Counted from the first letter of the stretch, positions 11,401 through 24,622 are shown. The stretch is 42,536 bases of DNA from Perkinsus chesapeaki ATCC PRA-425 (GCA_013115145.1 JAAPAO010000288.1:1-42536), one strand, 5' to 3'. Translations and numbers: made by a program. Notes: a model not told the origin generated them from the letters alone.

Positions 11401-14400
11401 GAGAAAAGTTTTGCGAAAATATTAAAAAACTTCATGGATCATGTTAGGATGGGTTCGCTCCCTCCTATTTCTCCAGTCCTCGAATTTCGAACATTTCTCA
11501 AGATCAATTAAATAACCTCATCTTTACTTCACTACTACTCGCACGCAGCGCTTAGCAGCCGTTGCCAGGATTCGAACCCGAGACTGATGATTAAGCCGCT
11601 CACCTTAGCTTGCTTCAAGTCTTCCTCCAACTCGTGTATCTTTTCACGAAGCGCATCAGCATCACTTCGAGCCAGGCCTCCCTGAATAAAAAAACTTCGC
11701 TCCGCTAAGACTTCATTCGCGTTTCACCTTCGATTCGAATTCTGTTATCTTCTTTTCGGCGTTCAGCAAAGATTCCTTCGCAGCTGCGAGCTCGGCGTTC
11801 TTAGCGTTCAAGTCCGCGGTCAATTTGGTAACTAACGTGATCAAACAAAAGAGCGGTATGCACGCATGCACACACTGTTCTCCACTTACTTTTCTCATCA
11901 CTTGACTTTATCTGTTCCTCTAAACTCTTAACAGCAGTTTGCAACACCTAACAAGCCAACAATGTAACAGGCACGGCAACAGCAATAAGCCCAACTGTCC
12001 AAATCGATCAAAACGCTCGAACATATACAAACAGTCCCATATATACTAGAAAACTCATTCCCTGAATTTTCCGGGTTTCCGGGTTTCGTATGCCCTTCCC
12101 CTGTCGCGGAGAAGCGGATAGATACGTCCAAGAATCACTCTGAGTGGATCACCGATGATATTTTACTTGGTTGTTGCTTTTCTGTGACTCAACTTCTGCT
12201 CTAGCAACACTGAGCATTCTCTCCATTTGAGGGTTGCTGCTGCTACTAGTCGGTTGGGCTGAAGCAGCTGACACTTCAGGTGAACCCAGAGATGCGCGGC
12301 TCTGAAGAAGGGCAGATCCTTAGCGGAGCGAAGCAGTTTTTGTTTACCTTGTATAACTTGATTTTATCGATTAATGACTGCTTTTCAACAGACCAAGTTC
12401 GTCGCTCATCAGCAAACTTGGATGCTTCCTGAGAATCGTGCGCATGCGTGCATACCGACTTTTCTTCAAATCTTCACCTCCTCCAGCCGTTTGATTGATT
12501 CCTTTGATGAGCTCAACGTAGAACTCTGTTCCTCGTAAGCCGATCGATAGAACACCAAACTGAAGATACATAAAGATACCCGCCTCCGCACTGTGAAGAT
12601 TTTCTCACTTGTTCTTCAACTCTTCCATTTCGTGCAGAACCTTCTCCGTCTGTTCCCTAGCCATTTCCCGAGCGCTCTGAGTCTCCTCTGCAACTCCTGA
12701 TAATATACGCGCAAGTTCGAATCCCACATGCGACATAATCGTCTTACTTTGCTGAGTTGAAACCAGGAGACTGGCGATTTTGGCCTTCTCAGCTAGTACG
12801 GCTTGGAGTTGCTCGCTAAACTAAAAATAAAATGGCAAGATGCGCGACCTAATATGTATCTGCCTCGGTTCAACCTGGGATACTTACAACTTCAACCCTA
12901 GCCTGCGCACTGTGCATCTTTTCCAATGCTTCAGATTTTTCCCGTAATGCAATCGATCTCTCATGCACAACCTGAAAACATCTTTTTTCTGTATGAAATG
13001 CACGCTTCAACCTCCCTTACAGTTTTAACAGTTCCCTCCAAAGTAGCGTTCTGCGCCGCCAAACCAGCGCTCCTCTTCTCGGTCGCCCTTGCATCATCCT
13101 CTACTCTCTTCAACGACGCGCGAAGCTCGCCCATAGCCTCGGAGATGACAGACTGACAGACATCACGATTTGAGGAAAAATCGGTATGAAAATCCTTAGC
13201 GTTACCTTCCTGTCTTTCTCCAACTGTAGCATTGTCTTCGCTCGAATGCTTTCCGTGCTCAGTTTCCTGTTCTCTTCCCTTAAAGTGTTGCATTCTTGAC
13301 GCATCATGTCAAGCTCTGAAACGATACGATCGTGCGCATGCGTGCAGAAACGATACCAGAGGACTCAGAGAGACGCGAGGCGAAGTCGAAATAAACGAAT
13401 AGCGACGAAACTGTTCCTCGGTCGTGTGGACTAGGACCCGTTTGAAGATCACACGTTATATCTTATAACGTATGATCTTCAAACGAGTACCACTATAACT
13501 TATAATCCACTCTATCAATGCACGCTATCTGTTGAACTTTGAAGAACGACCCGAAATATTATTAAATAAACAGAGCTGGGGCGCGCAAGAATCGTAAAGA
13601 GTTTTGTGGAATTTCCTCCGTTTTCTCATTGCGGCGGGTGTAGTACTTACGTTTCTGTGATTCACTCTTAACAGTCTCCAACTTATCTTGTAACAGATTA
13701 ATCTTACTCTCGGAAGATGGCGACGATCGAGATGGAGACCCGCCACCAGCACCAGCATCACCGCTACCTAACACGATATCTTAAGGTCAAGCATGCAAGA
13801 TACGTGGAAGGTCAAATTGGTTACCATGTGCTTTTGCTGTATCTTGTAATGACTTTCTTAGTCTTTCTATTTCTTCAGCCATTTCTCTCTTATCTTTATC
13901 AGCTCGAGACAGCAACCCTTCGTATGTAGTCTTATCATTCTCACGACTCTTCGACCTGACAATATCATTAACGTCACGCGCCACAGAATTCACATGTTCC
14001 ACGATTCTCCGAGCTCGACATGATGTTGAACTAAGTGCAGTGGTACGCACCCTCCATCACCTTCACCGACCACGAAAACGCCTGCGAGCGACTAACCCAA
14101 GTAGCTATAAGCCATAACTCGGCACATGGTATATAGAACATTAGCAGCTTGTAACAAAGACGACAACGCTGCCGCCGCTCGGCTAATTGCAGAGAAAAAA
14201 GAGACATTCCGAGGGACATTCTCTCGACCAAGGGAATAATTTTTCCACAGATCCTTCTCGTTTTCGTTAATGATTCGTTAAATTACTATTAAAGATGGCA
14301 GTATTTCCTTGCTTCTGAGACTATTCCTAAATCCTGGCAAATAGACCAGCACCACTACCAGCGCCTCGGATCCCCTTACAATTCTTCATATGCTTCCTCT

Positions 14401-17400
14401 ATCTTATCCCAGTCGGCTCTAAGCTGTGCCAACTCCTTTTGAGCCTCCGTCTCACACTCGTTCCTCAATCGTGACACTGATGCCTTCAATGTTGCATTCT
14501 GTGACACCTAATACCAGCTATCGATGGCAAACTGTGATTAAAAAGTCTTACCAATTCCGCAACAGACATGAATGTCGGGGCTGTCTGGGTTGAAGGAGCG
14601 TTGCCATCGAGAGACACGATTGAACTACCGTCCACATCCATAGGAGACGAGGCTGCGGACGATCTGAGAATACGCGATGAGATCGGGCAGATTGATATTA
14701 ATATAATGAATTATTATCAATGATGAAGTAGAGTATAAGATCTAAACTTAATCAGACATAAAATGATATATAAAATCCGATACTACCAGGCTGAAGACAT
14801 ATCAAGGTCCCTTACCTTCGTCTCTTCATTCCTCCTCCTCCTCCTCTCTTAAGGAGTTCCATCTCATGTAACAATACAGATGTCTGATTCACTTGCTCTT
14901 GTAGTTGTAACCGTAAAGTCGATACAGCACTCTCCAATTGTCGACGGGAATGGCTTTCGCTATTCAACCTAATTATATTATCATAACCACCTCTATTATT
15001 TGCCGAATTATCAATATATAACTCATCAAAACGTAATGTAACCAATTCTCGAAAGAACCCTATTTCTCAACGAAAATCCTAGAACTCAAAGCCTCTGAAA
15101 AGTGTACAGAGTAAAAGCTACAAAGGCCTACGCACAAAAGAGCAAGCCTGAATTACCCTGTCGATAGACCACCAGGGCATGCTTAGGGACAAGTTATTAA
15201 CCCTACACATGAGTAGAAGTCAGCCACTTCTGCGGAAGTACCGGTGGCGACCGGATGCGATTTTGGGCTTAGATGTGGCTTGTTGTGATTTTATTTTGCC
15301 GTTACAATGCTTGGAGGGATGTACAACGAGATGTGTAATGCAGTAGACCTTTTCCTTCATATTCATGCCACGATAAGGTCGGCGGCACCTCCGATGCACT
15401 CTTCATTCATGAGCGACAGCGTTCCTCGACATCACCGATACCAGGTCTCTCCACAAAGCTTTGCGGTTATATATATATTCACTCAACATGATACATATAG
15501 GGTGTTAGCACCACGGACAGTAGTGCCCCGGTAACTCTGGGTAGTTGTGCCACGCTTGAGAAGCTTCCATTGGAAATTTATCAGCTCAAGTCCAGTGTTC
15601 GATCTGTGGGCATCGAGTTGAGTGAAACTCTGCTCTATCGAGTGTATTCCCTCCAGATGAATGATTCATCCACCCTCCAAACAGCTGCTATCGTTTGATC
15701 TCGCAAGAGTCTCGCAATATTCATATCAGATTCATTGAATCTCTATTGGATCGATCACCGACCTTAAGCTGTTGAAGGTCAAGGCCCGCGCGTACTCGTT
15801 GCTGGGACTACTTGCCACGACTACTCTCCGCCGTCTGGGTATGCGTGACGTACATTTTGGCAACATCGAGACATTCCGAAGACATTCTAACAAATGGCAA
15901 TTTGTTAAATTTCATTTCTGCAGTTCAAAATCGCACAAGAATATAAAAGAAGGGCAACAGGAATGCCTTTCACTGTGAAAAGCTTCATTCAATTACTGGG
16001 GATGTTTTTTACTGGAAATCCCCACATCGACTCTTACTTGTCTTTAGTCTCCCTCAACTTAGCATTAGCGATCTCGATCTTCTCATCTGACATAATATCT
16101 TATACTGCATTCGGCATTTACGAGTATCTTACTAGCGTCACCAAGCCGCACCACGAGTTCGTCGTTTTGCCGCTGGATGGCCTCGATTTCCGGCGCCTTC
16201 GCTTCGACGTGGGCATTCACTTCATCCAAAAGATCTTCCAGATGGCTAAAGATATCCCAGATCGAAGCATGCAAGATATGTCCTAGGTTAGCTTACGCAT
16301 TAGCCTTTCTGAGAGAGATCGCATCATCTCTTGCTGTCATCAACGCATCAACCAAAGCCGAAAGCGGGAATCCACCGGTGGGCGCTGAGGGAAAAACAAC
16401 ACCTCGCACAATCACGCCTTCTGTCTGATAATATGGTCCCTCATTTGTTTTGCATATATGCCATGGAACACGAACTGGAACACCGAATAAGGGCGATAAG
16501 AGTATTAAGAGGAATATCATTCCAACGATAAAAGCTTCGGAAGGATTATACCATATCTATAGAGTGGAGACTTTCCAGTGGAGATTAGAATTTTTAACGC
16601 TTGCGTTCATCATAACGACGCATGAAAACTATCTAAACCTCCGACGCCTCCGTAAAATAGATCACCTTCTCTTCCAAGTACTTCAGACGCTACTTCTGTG
16701 ATTGACTGTAAACGACCAGTGCCATTAGTGGGACTACCACTGGCAATCTGAAACACGAACTAACCTATTAAGTATCTTGCACGCTTCTACCTTCTCTCTA
16801 AGATACTTCTCCTTCTCTTCTCTCAGTTCATCCCTCTCCTTCAGCAAACTTGCTTTCTCCTTTTCCGACGACTCAGCTTTCCCGCGCGCCAGAGAAAGCG
16901 AACATAACGTCTAAAGATACAAAATAGGTCAACTTTCGACCCTCTCATCAAATCTTACATTATTCAATTCCTGCTTCGTCTCGGCCAACTCCCCACTTTG
17001 TGTTTTAAGCTGATCCTCCAAATTAGAAACCATCTGCTGTTTCAAACTTATGATTCCCTCCAAACTGGACTTCTCTGCATCCGCGTTTTCCCTCGTCGAT
17101 GCCAAATCTTTTACGGTATCCTCTAGCCTATAATCCACCTTCCATGAAAGTCACGCGCCCCGAAATTAAATCACTTTCTCTCTGTTCCATCATGTAATTT
17201 ACTCAATCGTCGGCATTCGGCTTCTGCATTTTCCAGTCGACTCTTCATCCCCGATAGTTGCGTGTTATAATCCAACCTAAAATATATAAATTCATTTTCG
17301 CTTCTCAATCAACCTCCAAAGTATCTTTCCTGGGCGTCCGCAGATACTGTACAGAGAAGATCGTCATCCCGACTGTACCATTAAATGTACAGTGTGAAAT

Positions 17401-19547
17401 TGCGCAACTTTTCAGACATCCACTTCGTTAATTTATCGCACCGACAATGAGCACTGAGCGTCAAAAGTAATGGGAAGCATGACTAAGTTATGAGATACAT
17501 ACTATATTATAGTGAGATCTGCAGTATAAAGGTGGTAAAGATAATGATGAAGATAATAAATTTAATGAAGGTAATAATGACGATAAATCTACGTACTATT
17601 CTCGCATTATCTCTACTTCCTAATTATTCGGCGGCTACCGGCGTCGGTATTAGTTATTTTGACGCCGGTGGAAGCATCCGAATAGAATAGACGAAAATTT
17701 AGGAATGGGTCGGCATTGATAAATCACACATGAACCTAAGATACTCCTCCAATATCACCTTGATTTCTGCATCTCTGTAACAGTCCTCTCCTTCTCCGTC
17801 GAAGCATGCTCTACCAGCTCCCACAGCTCACCAACTTTATCTCCAAGCCGTTTAGTTTCAGTTTGCAATGATTGGTTGTCGAACTCGAGTGGCCGTAGTC
17901 GACCTGCCATGACTAATCCTTCTAATCGACATTATTATTATTATTATTATTACTGTTAGCGTCAGAAAGCTGACACTGCAAAGACAGTTTCTCCGACTGT
18001 AATTCACCGAGTTGACGGGTGAGGACCATGAGCTCGCGAGTTAACCGAGATACCCTAACAACAAGAACAAGGACAACAAAGATTCACAAGGAAATATGAT
18101 AACGAATCGCTCTTAGGAAAAATACGTACCGAGGAAGACCATCTGAGAGCGACATAGACGAAATCTCTCGTCGGAAAGAGATAAAGAGCAAATGAGAACG
18201 ACTACGTGCATTGGAAGATTATATGTCGCCTGGTTCCTAGTGGATATAACAACTCCACCGTGGCAGTACTTCCGGAAATACTTCTCAAATATCTTTGCCG
18301 GTTCTAAATTAAGCGGACTATTCATTCGTTGGTATAGTTTTAGCATTCGAAAAGTGACGTGGGAATATCTGCTATCCACATTCGCCTCAGCTCTACCATC
18401 TAGTCTTCATGTATAGATCACAAAATATACATTCGTTATTGCTCAGACACAAAAAGCGACCAATCGACCAAAAATTCATTTTCTCTCCAGCAGTCTTGCT
18501 GGCATAGGTTTCGGAAGTAAAAGACACCATCTATCATTCCTCCCCATACTACTCAGCTGGCGATTCAGTCCTAAAATCATCGCTCCTTTCGACAACTTCA
18601 CTTGCAGGGGATGGCGAAGTCTCGGTTGCCTAAACACAAGTTGATATCGACTATAAGATTTAAATGGTCAGAGTCACCTCCTTGGTATCCTCCTCTACAC
18701 TTTCCCTGTCCTCCTGTACCTTATTATACACATTCATCTACCCCCATTAAATATAATATTACAGGCTCATCAGCCGCCTCTTCCACATGAGCCACTTCCG
18801 CCTCCTGCTCCCCATGGTGCTCATTCTGACCTCATTAGTATCTTTCAGCTACCTGCTTCATACTCACCTCCTCCACATAGGCTTCAACTAAGTCATCAAA
18901 CATTGCCATTTCAGCGTCTTCCTCCTCCTCCTCACCACCACCTTGGAAAAGGCCTGAAAAGTGACATTATAACCGCAACTGTTAAACTTTCTCAAAAGCC
19001 TTATTAAGATAATATGTGAATCTGTGAGCCGCATGATATCTCAATAATGAACCACTCTGCCCTGTAAGAGCCATAGATTGCGATGCCATGCACGCCTTGA
19101 ATCCTTCGCAGAATAATCCTGCTAGGATTTCAAGTTACTACCATCATGCTCCTCCCCCTCCTCCTGATGTTCATGTTCTAGCGTTGTTCCTTGATCTGCT
19201 ATTTCCTCCACTCGCTGTTCCATCTCATCATCCGCCTCGTCCCTAGACTTCACATCACTTGTAGCTTCACCACTTTCTGAAACCTTCCTTTGCGTTCCCT
19301 TTTTACCCTCAGTACTACGGTCATGATGTCCAGATCCTTCACATGATATCTCCTCCACTTCCGCATTAGATTCCTCTTCAACAGGTTTCCCCTCTGAGAT
19401 TAACCTTCCCTCAATCCACCCTTTACTACTACCAGGAGGCACCGCAGCACTTGCTTGTTGGTCTACCTGGGCGGTTGCCGTGACCTGTTGAGCGTCGGAG
19501 CCATCATCAGATAATTCAATATCAGACGACGGTGGTGATGATGACAT
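8471..19547 (-). CDS. TPR: Large multi-exon coiled-coil protein, nucleoprotein TPR/Mlp1/NUA-like (boundaries approximate; the acidic 5' exons could be a separate gene)
   Basis: Many short coiled-coil exons. LEDLLDEVNAHVEAKAPEIEAIQRQNDEL (16083-16274) resembles the TPR segment [44 protein letters not shown] (~14470-14580) resembles TPR F.NIEELQQQNQRLL. The C-terminus is low-complexity. Confidence 0.7.
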
Positions 19548-22505
19548 TAAATAAAAGGTGGTGACCTCGAAGGATGGTTAATTAAATCAGAGTTTAACGC
19601 AATGCAGGAGATCTTCCACAGGAAACTTCAAGATTCTTATTCGTTCCCGCACGCACTCAACGATGATTAAGTCGTTAAACTTGAAACTCAAGACAAGGCA
19701 AGTAAGAGACCTTCGCATAAGACCGTTGGTCGGTAAGATCTTACCGCGAATCTTAAGCTTGCATGAGCGTGACGGTTACCGTACACTGTTGAACAACCAC
19801 CTTACCCTTAAATCTAAGAGACTTCAACAAACTTGAAATCTGAATTAGCTTCGGATGCTGTCCAAAAATAGGTTCAAACGAGCGATTGCAGAGGTCAGCA
19901 GCACTTGACCGTCAACAGGACCCTTGGAATTAACGTCGTCAAGTTGTCCCTCGTGGGTTCAGTAATCGCCGGGCAGGTGTGAACCTTAGCGTTGCGAAGT
20001 GCGTAGGGGAATGCATTGCATAAGAATAGGGGCACTCGGGTTAATGGAATAAGTTAGCTCGTGCTGCTCGTTAGATCTCATTCTGTTAGGGTTCTTTGGG
20101 GCTTGGGCACTAAAGTAAACTTACCTCGTAGGCGAAAACCATTCAAAGAGGCTCTTGTGCGAGTCTGAACCGCCAAAATGACTCGGACCGGTTTTGACTG
20201 TTTCGTGGCGCGTGACAGAGTGCGCTTCAGCAAATAAGAATGTAAGCGGAACTCGTGAAGCGTTTCGCTCCGCTGAGTCCGACTTATGTTCTTTGTGCCA
20301 GCTTGTCCTATTTAGGCCTTCTTATATCGAATCTTTCTCACATATCTTTGGCTGAGCTATGTAAGCTTAGTACGCTATAGCATATACGTCAAAGTAGACA
20401 TACGTATAGTTAGTCAAAGGTCTTTTTGGAGTCCTAAGTATAGGTTCTCTAGTTCTAAGTATTGGTTAAGTTCCTTTGTTGGTTGCATTACTAACTAAGG
20501 CCTTATCGAGTATTATTCGAGAAGTTATTGAGTTATATTAGTTGGCGCGTGATTGGTTCACACACCCACCTTCCTTTTTATAAGCCTTATTAATATATTC
20601 TTGTGGTTGGTTATACCGAGACCGTCCACTGCGCGATGCGGTGGTCTGAAATCATAGGCGAAAGCGAAGTCCCAGTTGGCGAAGGCAACCGCAAAGCGGA
20701 GTGACTGGGATCACTCAGAACAGGACTCGATATTATAGCACGAATACGTCTCGAGGAACGCTTCCTAACCTTAGTTACTCTCCCCCTCGCAATGATACGT
20801 CAAGCCAAGTCAATATCCTCATTAGAACTCTTGTCGCTGTCTGTCGACCCACAGTAAACAATGAACACAATGCCTAATACTATAGACAATTGCCGTAACC
20901 AGACCGTCGACTACGTTGCTTAACGTATGAAGTATAACCACTAGCGGCTAGTAAACCTCAACACAGTCTACTAACTTAAGCTCTGGCCCAAGTTCCAGGC
21001 CAGTAAGAATCAGAAGCTCAACTCACTCTTGTCCTTAATCTAACCTTTTTAACACGAGGCAAGCGCCTGCGCGGGGGCCTTAGCACGCATGCACAAATAT
21101 GTGACGCCATCGGTGTCACGGCGCACAATACAATAACAGTAATAACAGAGTAATACCGTCGAGTATAAACACCGGAAAATCGTACAATGGTTCACGAGTC
21201 TCCGTACACTGCGCTGGAGCGCACACCACACGGAAGTCGACTCAAAGCTATCACTCGGAATCGAACAGGGCCTTTCGGTTGCCAAACAATACTCTTAACC
21301 TACTCAACTAGACTAGAATAAAACGCGCTAAAGCTGCGAGACGTGAACGAATGCGCTGGAGAAATCTTCCTTATCAACAAATACGGTCGGTTCAATAGGC
21401 ACGGCTACAAAAGTACTCTGCATATTGCGTTCATATTGGTTCAAGTTGAAACCCAAGTCTTGTTATACCGTGTACCGTACACGGGTCACCGGCACCCATG
21501 GCGGGTGCATATATTGATTGTGATGGTGAGTTTTAATAGTGACTCCTATTTTTATTTTGCATGGTATAGTATAGTCAACTAGACGAGTAAAGACGCAATC
21601 CTCAGATTCGTTGCCGATAAATCGACGAAAAAAGAGATATCGATCGAATCTAAGGATGAAATTGGTAGCACTGGATCAATTTGTACTACAAATTTTGTAG
21701 CCCTTTTTAGTGGTAATACACTGTGGTATACGATCCACCTCCGCACGAGCTCTAACCCCTGAGAAATTCGAATTTAGAAAATTTCCAACGGCCCAACGTA
21801 AATTATCGAACCTTAATCTCGCATTTCTCCGCAACCTGATCGAATCTGACATCATCCAAGGCACCGTTCTGCTAATGGCTCCGTTATGAAAGAGCAAGAA
21901 AGCAAATAGCAAAATAGTGCTAATATGGTACAATGTAAAATAACTGCTACTACTGCCGCATTGCTACTATTAGCTTCACACGCCGGATATGTGAAAGTAA
22001 GCAATAGAGTAGTAATTGTGATACAAAAGGGCAGACTTGCTGAATTCAATATCAGACTTTGCGGAAATGAACCAGAAGGTGCTAAAATGTGTCTAACAAA
22101 TTTGCCGCTTCGTACGAAAGTTGCTACTTTCGAAAGTGCTTAAATGTGCAAACAGTTGCCCTAATAGCAGCAAAAAAGAAAGAGTCGCGCAAGCCAACCA
22201 CAGCGAAGTGAACTGCGGATGAGAATAATGCAAGAGGCTGAGTATCGAACCTGCGCATGTCTGAATCGGTCGGTAAAAATATACAACCTCTTATCTACTA
22301 CCCCAAAACAGCACAACTGATAGTAGTGTCTAGTAATAGCCTGACTACATTCTGCACTTGTATTTTCCTAGTTTTCAATAGTGACTTCCTATTGTGCGCT
22401 GAAGCCATGTCTAGCCGTAATCACTGTACCGGGAACAACTCAAAAATTTCATGGTAAGTCTAGTTCCTTCTGGATCTTCTTTAAACGGACAAAACATTAT
22501 CAAGT

Positions 22506-22585
22506 TGCTGTATAGGTGAGTGGGCAGAGCACCTGACGGTTACCTTGCAACCGCGCGGTCGCGGGTTCGATCTTTGCACGGAGTG
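22506..22585 (+). pseudogene. Degenerate tRNA-like sequence (anticodon position TGC)
   Basis: A-box-like TAGGTGAGTGGGCAGAGCA, then CT-TGC-AA with canonical 22-nt spacing to GCGGGTTCGATC. There is a ~7-nt insertion before the anticodon and the stems are broken. Confidence 0.5.
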
Positions 22586-23482
22586 TATTAAATGTTGACC
22601 TCGTCGAAAGAATGTGAGTCGGACCCGCCGAGCGCAAAAACTTGCGGACGGTACGGACTAAACAAACAAATTTTGTCCTTGCTTTGTTCACATTTTGTCC
22701 AGGAAAAGATTGAAAGCAGCTGATGAACAAGAAAACTGAGAAAAGTGCTGATATGCACATTTCGTATTGCTTCGATGAATATTGAGATGCTCTTGTGTAA
22801 ATAAAAATTTGCTGGAATGTATATCCCTCGTCAATTTTGTGGTATATAAAGCGGCAAATCGATTCGAACAACAAAGCAATAAAGGCAGAAAATATAGTAT
22901 TAAGCAAAGTAACAAATGTAGCAAGAAAGTGCGGTTGCTAAATTCGATTACAACGCTAATACTAAGTAAGTCACTAGTAGTAACGGTGCCCGAATTCGAT
23001 TCCGGTAGAGTTTGGTTGAACCTTGTATGCCCTTTCAGTTTTATTTTGCAAGCATGCTCCTCGTTTGCATTCCCCCGTTAAGTTATCGATTAGACGAGGA
23101 AACAGTGAGAAACTAAACGAAAGTAGACGCCGGGTTTTTTGACTTTTTTTGACAATTAACTTGTCTTGCGTCGAGCTTGTCACAAGTTGGAACACCGTTT
23201 ACTAAACAGTTGAAGCCGGAGAAGTTGGAGTCGCTTTAAATTGAGTCAGTGAACACAACAGCAGCAACTGGCCCAACTTGAAGGAAAAATGCGCAGGAGT
23301 ATATACTAATTGACTAGCTAATATAAACTCGTGCTGAACAGTGAGTCGTGGCTTCTTAGCCCTCCACTTGAGCTACTCAGTACTCTTTTTGCTAAGCGGT
23401 TATTTTGTTAAGTATCCCAGGAACAAAGGGGGACATAATCATTATGATGTAAAAGCAGTAAAAATATAGAATATCCGAAACT

Positions 23483-24622
23483 TTATTTGACTTGTGCAAT
23501 ACCGACAGTTGCGCTGTCAAAGTGGAACTCCATGTAATTACCAATAAGCATAGAATGGGACAATCTCCAACTTCCAAGAAAAGCGTTTTTCACCAGCACT
23601 AGACAAAAATCCATAGGGACATCTTCGCTAACGTAGCCTTCAAAAGGGATACTGAGCGGAACGTCCTTATTTTGGCCGACCAGCATGAAGTGAAGTGTTG
23701 GCATATATTCGCGATATTGGCAGTCAACTTGATACGCCTCTCTAAGTGTATTATATAAAATAAACACTTCCTTCCCAGCGGCCTTGGAAGCTTCGTGCTC
23801 AATACTATGGAGAAGCTCATCAAGCTTATCCATTGGGGCTTCTATGTAATCGGAACCAGTATCCAATACCACAGCACCATTAACATCAACTTTGGGTTCA
23901 ACCCCGATCTGCACAGCCTTCAGCATCACCCTCCACGAAGTTTTCTCCGAAGGAGTTCTACGAAGCACCGGGACAAATTGCAGTGGTTCCTTATAGAGAG
24001 ACGCGTCACCACCTCCGAGCAATATCTCCCCGACTTGTTCGAGACCGGGGTGTGCTGGTCTCAGGTATAAAGCAAAGACATTCTCTTTCAGTGGCGTGGA
24101 ACGGCTGGTAGTAAGCTGCTTCATGATAGAAGGATACCATTCCTCTACTTCCGGGGCCAGGCCGAGTACCACGGGAGGGTCAAATAGAGCAGCTGGGGTG
24201 AATCCATCCATCAGTCCAAATATTATATCGTCAAACTTGGCGCCACCAAACTTGAACTCAGCCGAACGCCTGAAAATCGTGACTGCTCTGTCATCTCCGA
24301 AACTGATAGTGATGGGATGATCCGTAGACGGGCAAGGCTCAGGGCAATCGTAGCACTTGAAGAGTCTTTGGCACGCATAGGGACCAGCAACCTGTTCGAA
24401 AGTTTTTCTTTGTAAATTGATATAATATGGGGTATCAGTATCTATAACACTCCTCTCAAGCTGACCGCCCAGCCATGTGGTGGTATAAAGATAGGCCCTT
24501 GGGGGGGACGTCTTGGCAACGCTCAGGTCGTAAATACGTGCTGCTCCTTGCCTCAAGACTTGACTGTCACCCACTGCAATCGAGATCCCAGTGATGAAAG
24601 GGAGAAGTACGTTAATCCACAT
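23483..24622 (-). CDS. Pepsin-like (A1) aspartic protease family protein, single exon, likely secreted, 379 aa
   Basis: Hydrophobic N-terminus; IDTDT in the first-lobe motif position; VVLGLAP; FALYL..GEILLGG; VVLDTGS; W.L....IGNYMEFHFD..TVGIA C-terminus. Confidence 0.88.
   Translation of the reverse strand: MWINVLLPFITGISIAVGDSQVLRQGAARIYDLSVAKTSPPRAYLYTTTWLGGQLERSVIDTDTPYYINLQRKTFEQVAGPYACQRLFKCYDCPEPCPSTDHPITISFGDDRAVTIFRRSAEFKFGGAKFDDIIFGLMDGFTPAALFDPPVVLGLAPEVEEWYPSIMKQLTTSRSTPLKENVFALYLRPAHPGLEQVGEILLGGGDASLYKEPLQFVPVLRRTPSEKTSWRVMLKAVQIGVEPKVDVNGAVVLDTGSDYIEAPMDKLDELLHSIEHEASKAAGKEVFILYNTLREAYQVDCQYREYMPTLHFMLVGQNKDVPLSIPFEGYVSEDVPMDFCLVLVKNAFLGSWRLSHSMLIGNYMEFHFDSATVGIAQVK

Noticed and set aside
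20212-20265. U6 snRNA-like (ACAGAG...TCGTGAAGCG)
   Set aside because: Spacing is shorter than U6 and the intervening AGC triad/ISL sequence does not match. The TACAGAGAAGAT at ~17348 is likewise an isolated short match.
21049-23195. Short ORFs as genes or a transposase
   Set aside because: No recognisable motif or consistent splice pattern; a decayed element cannot be excluded without a tBLASTn/HMM search.
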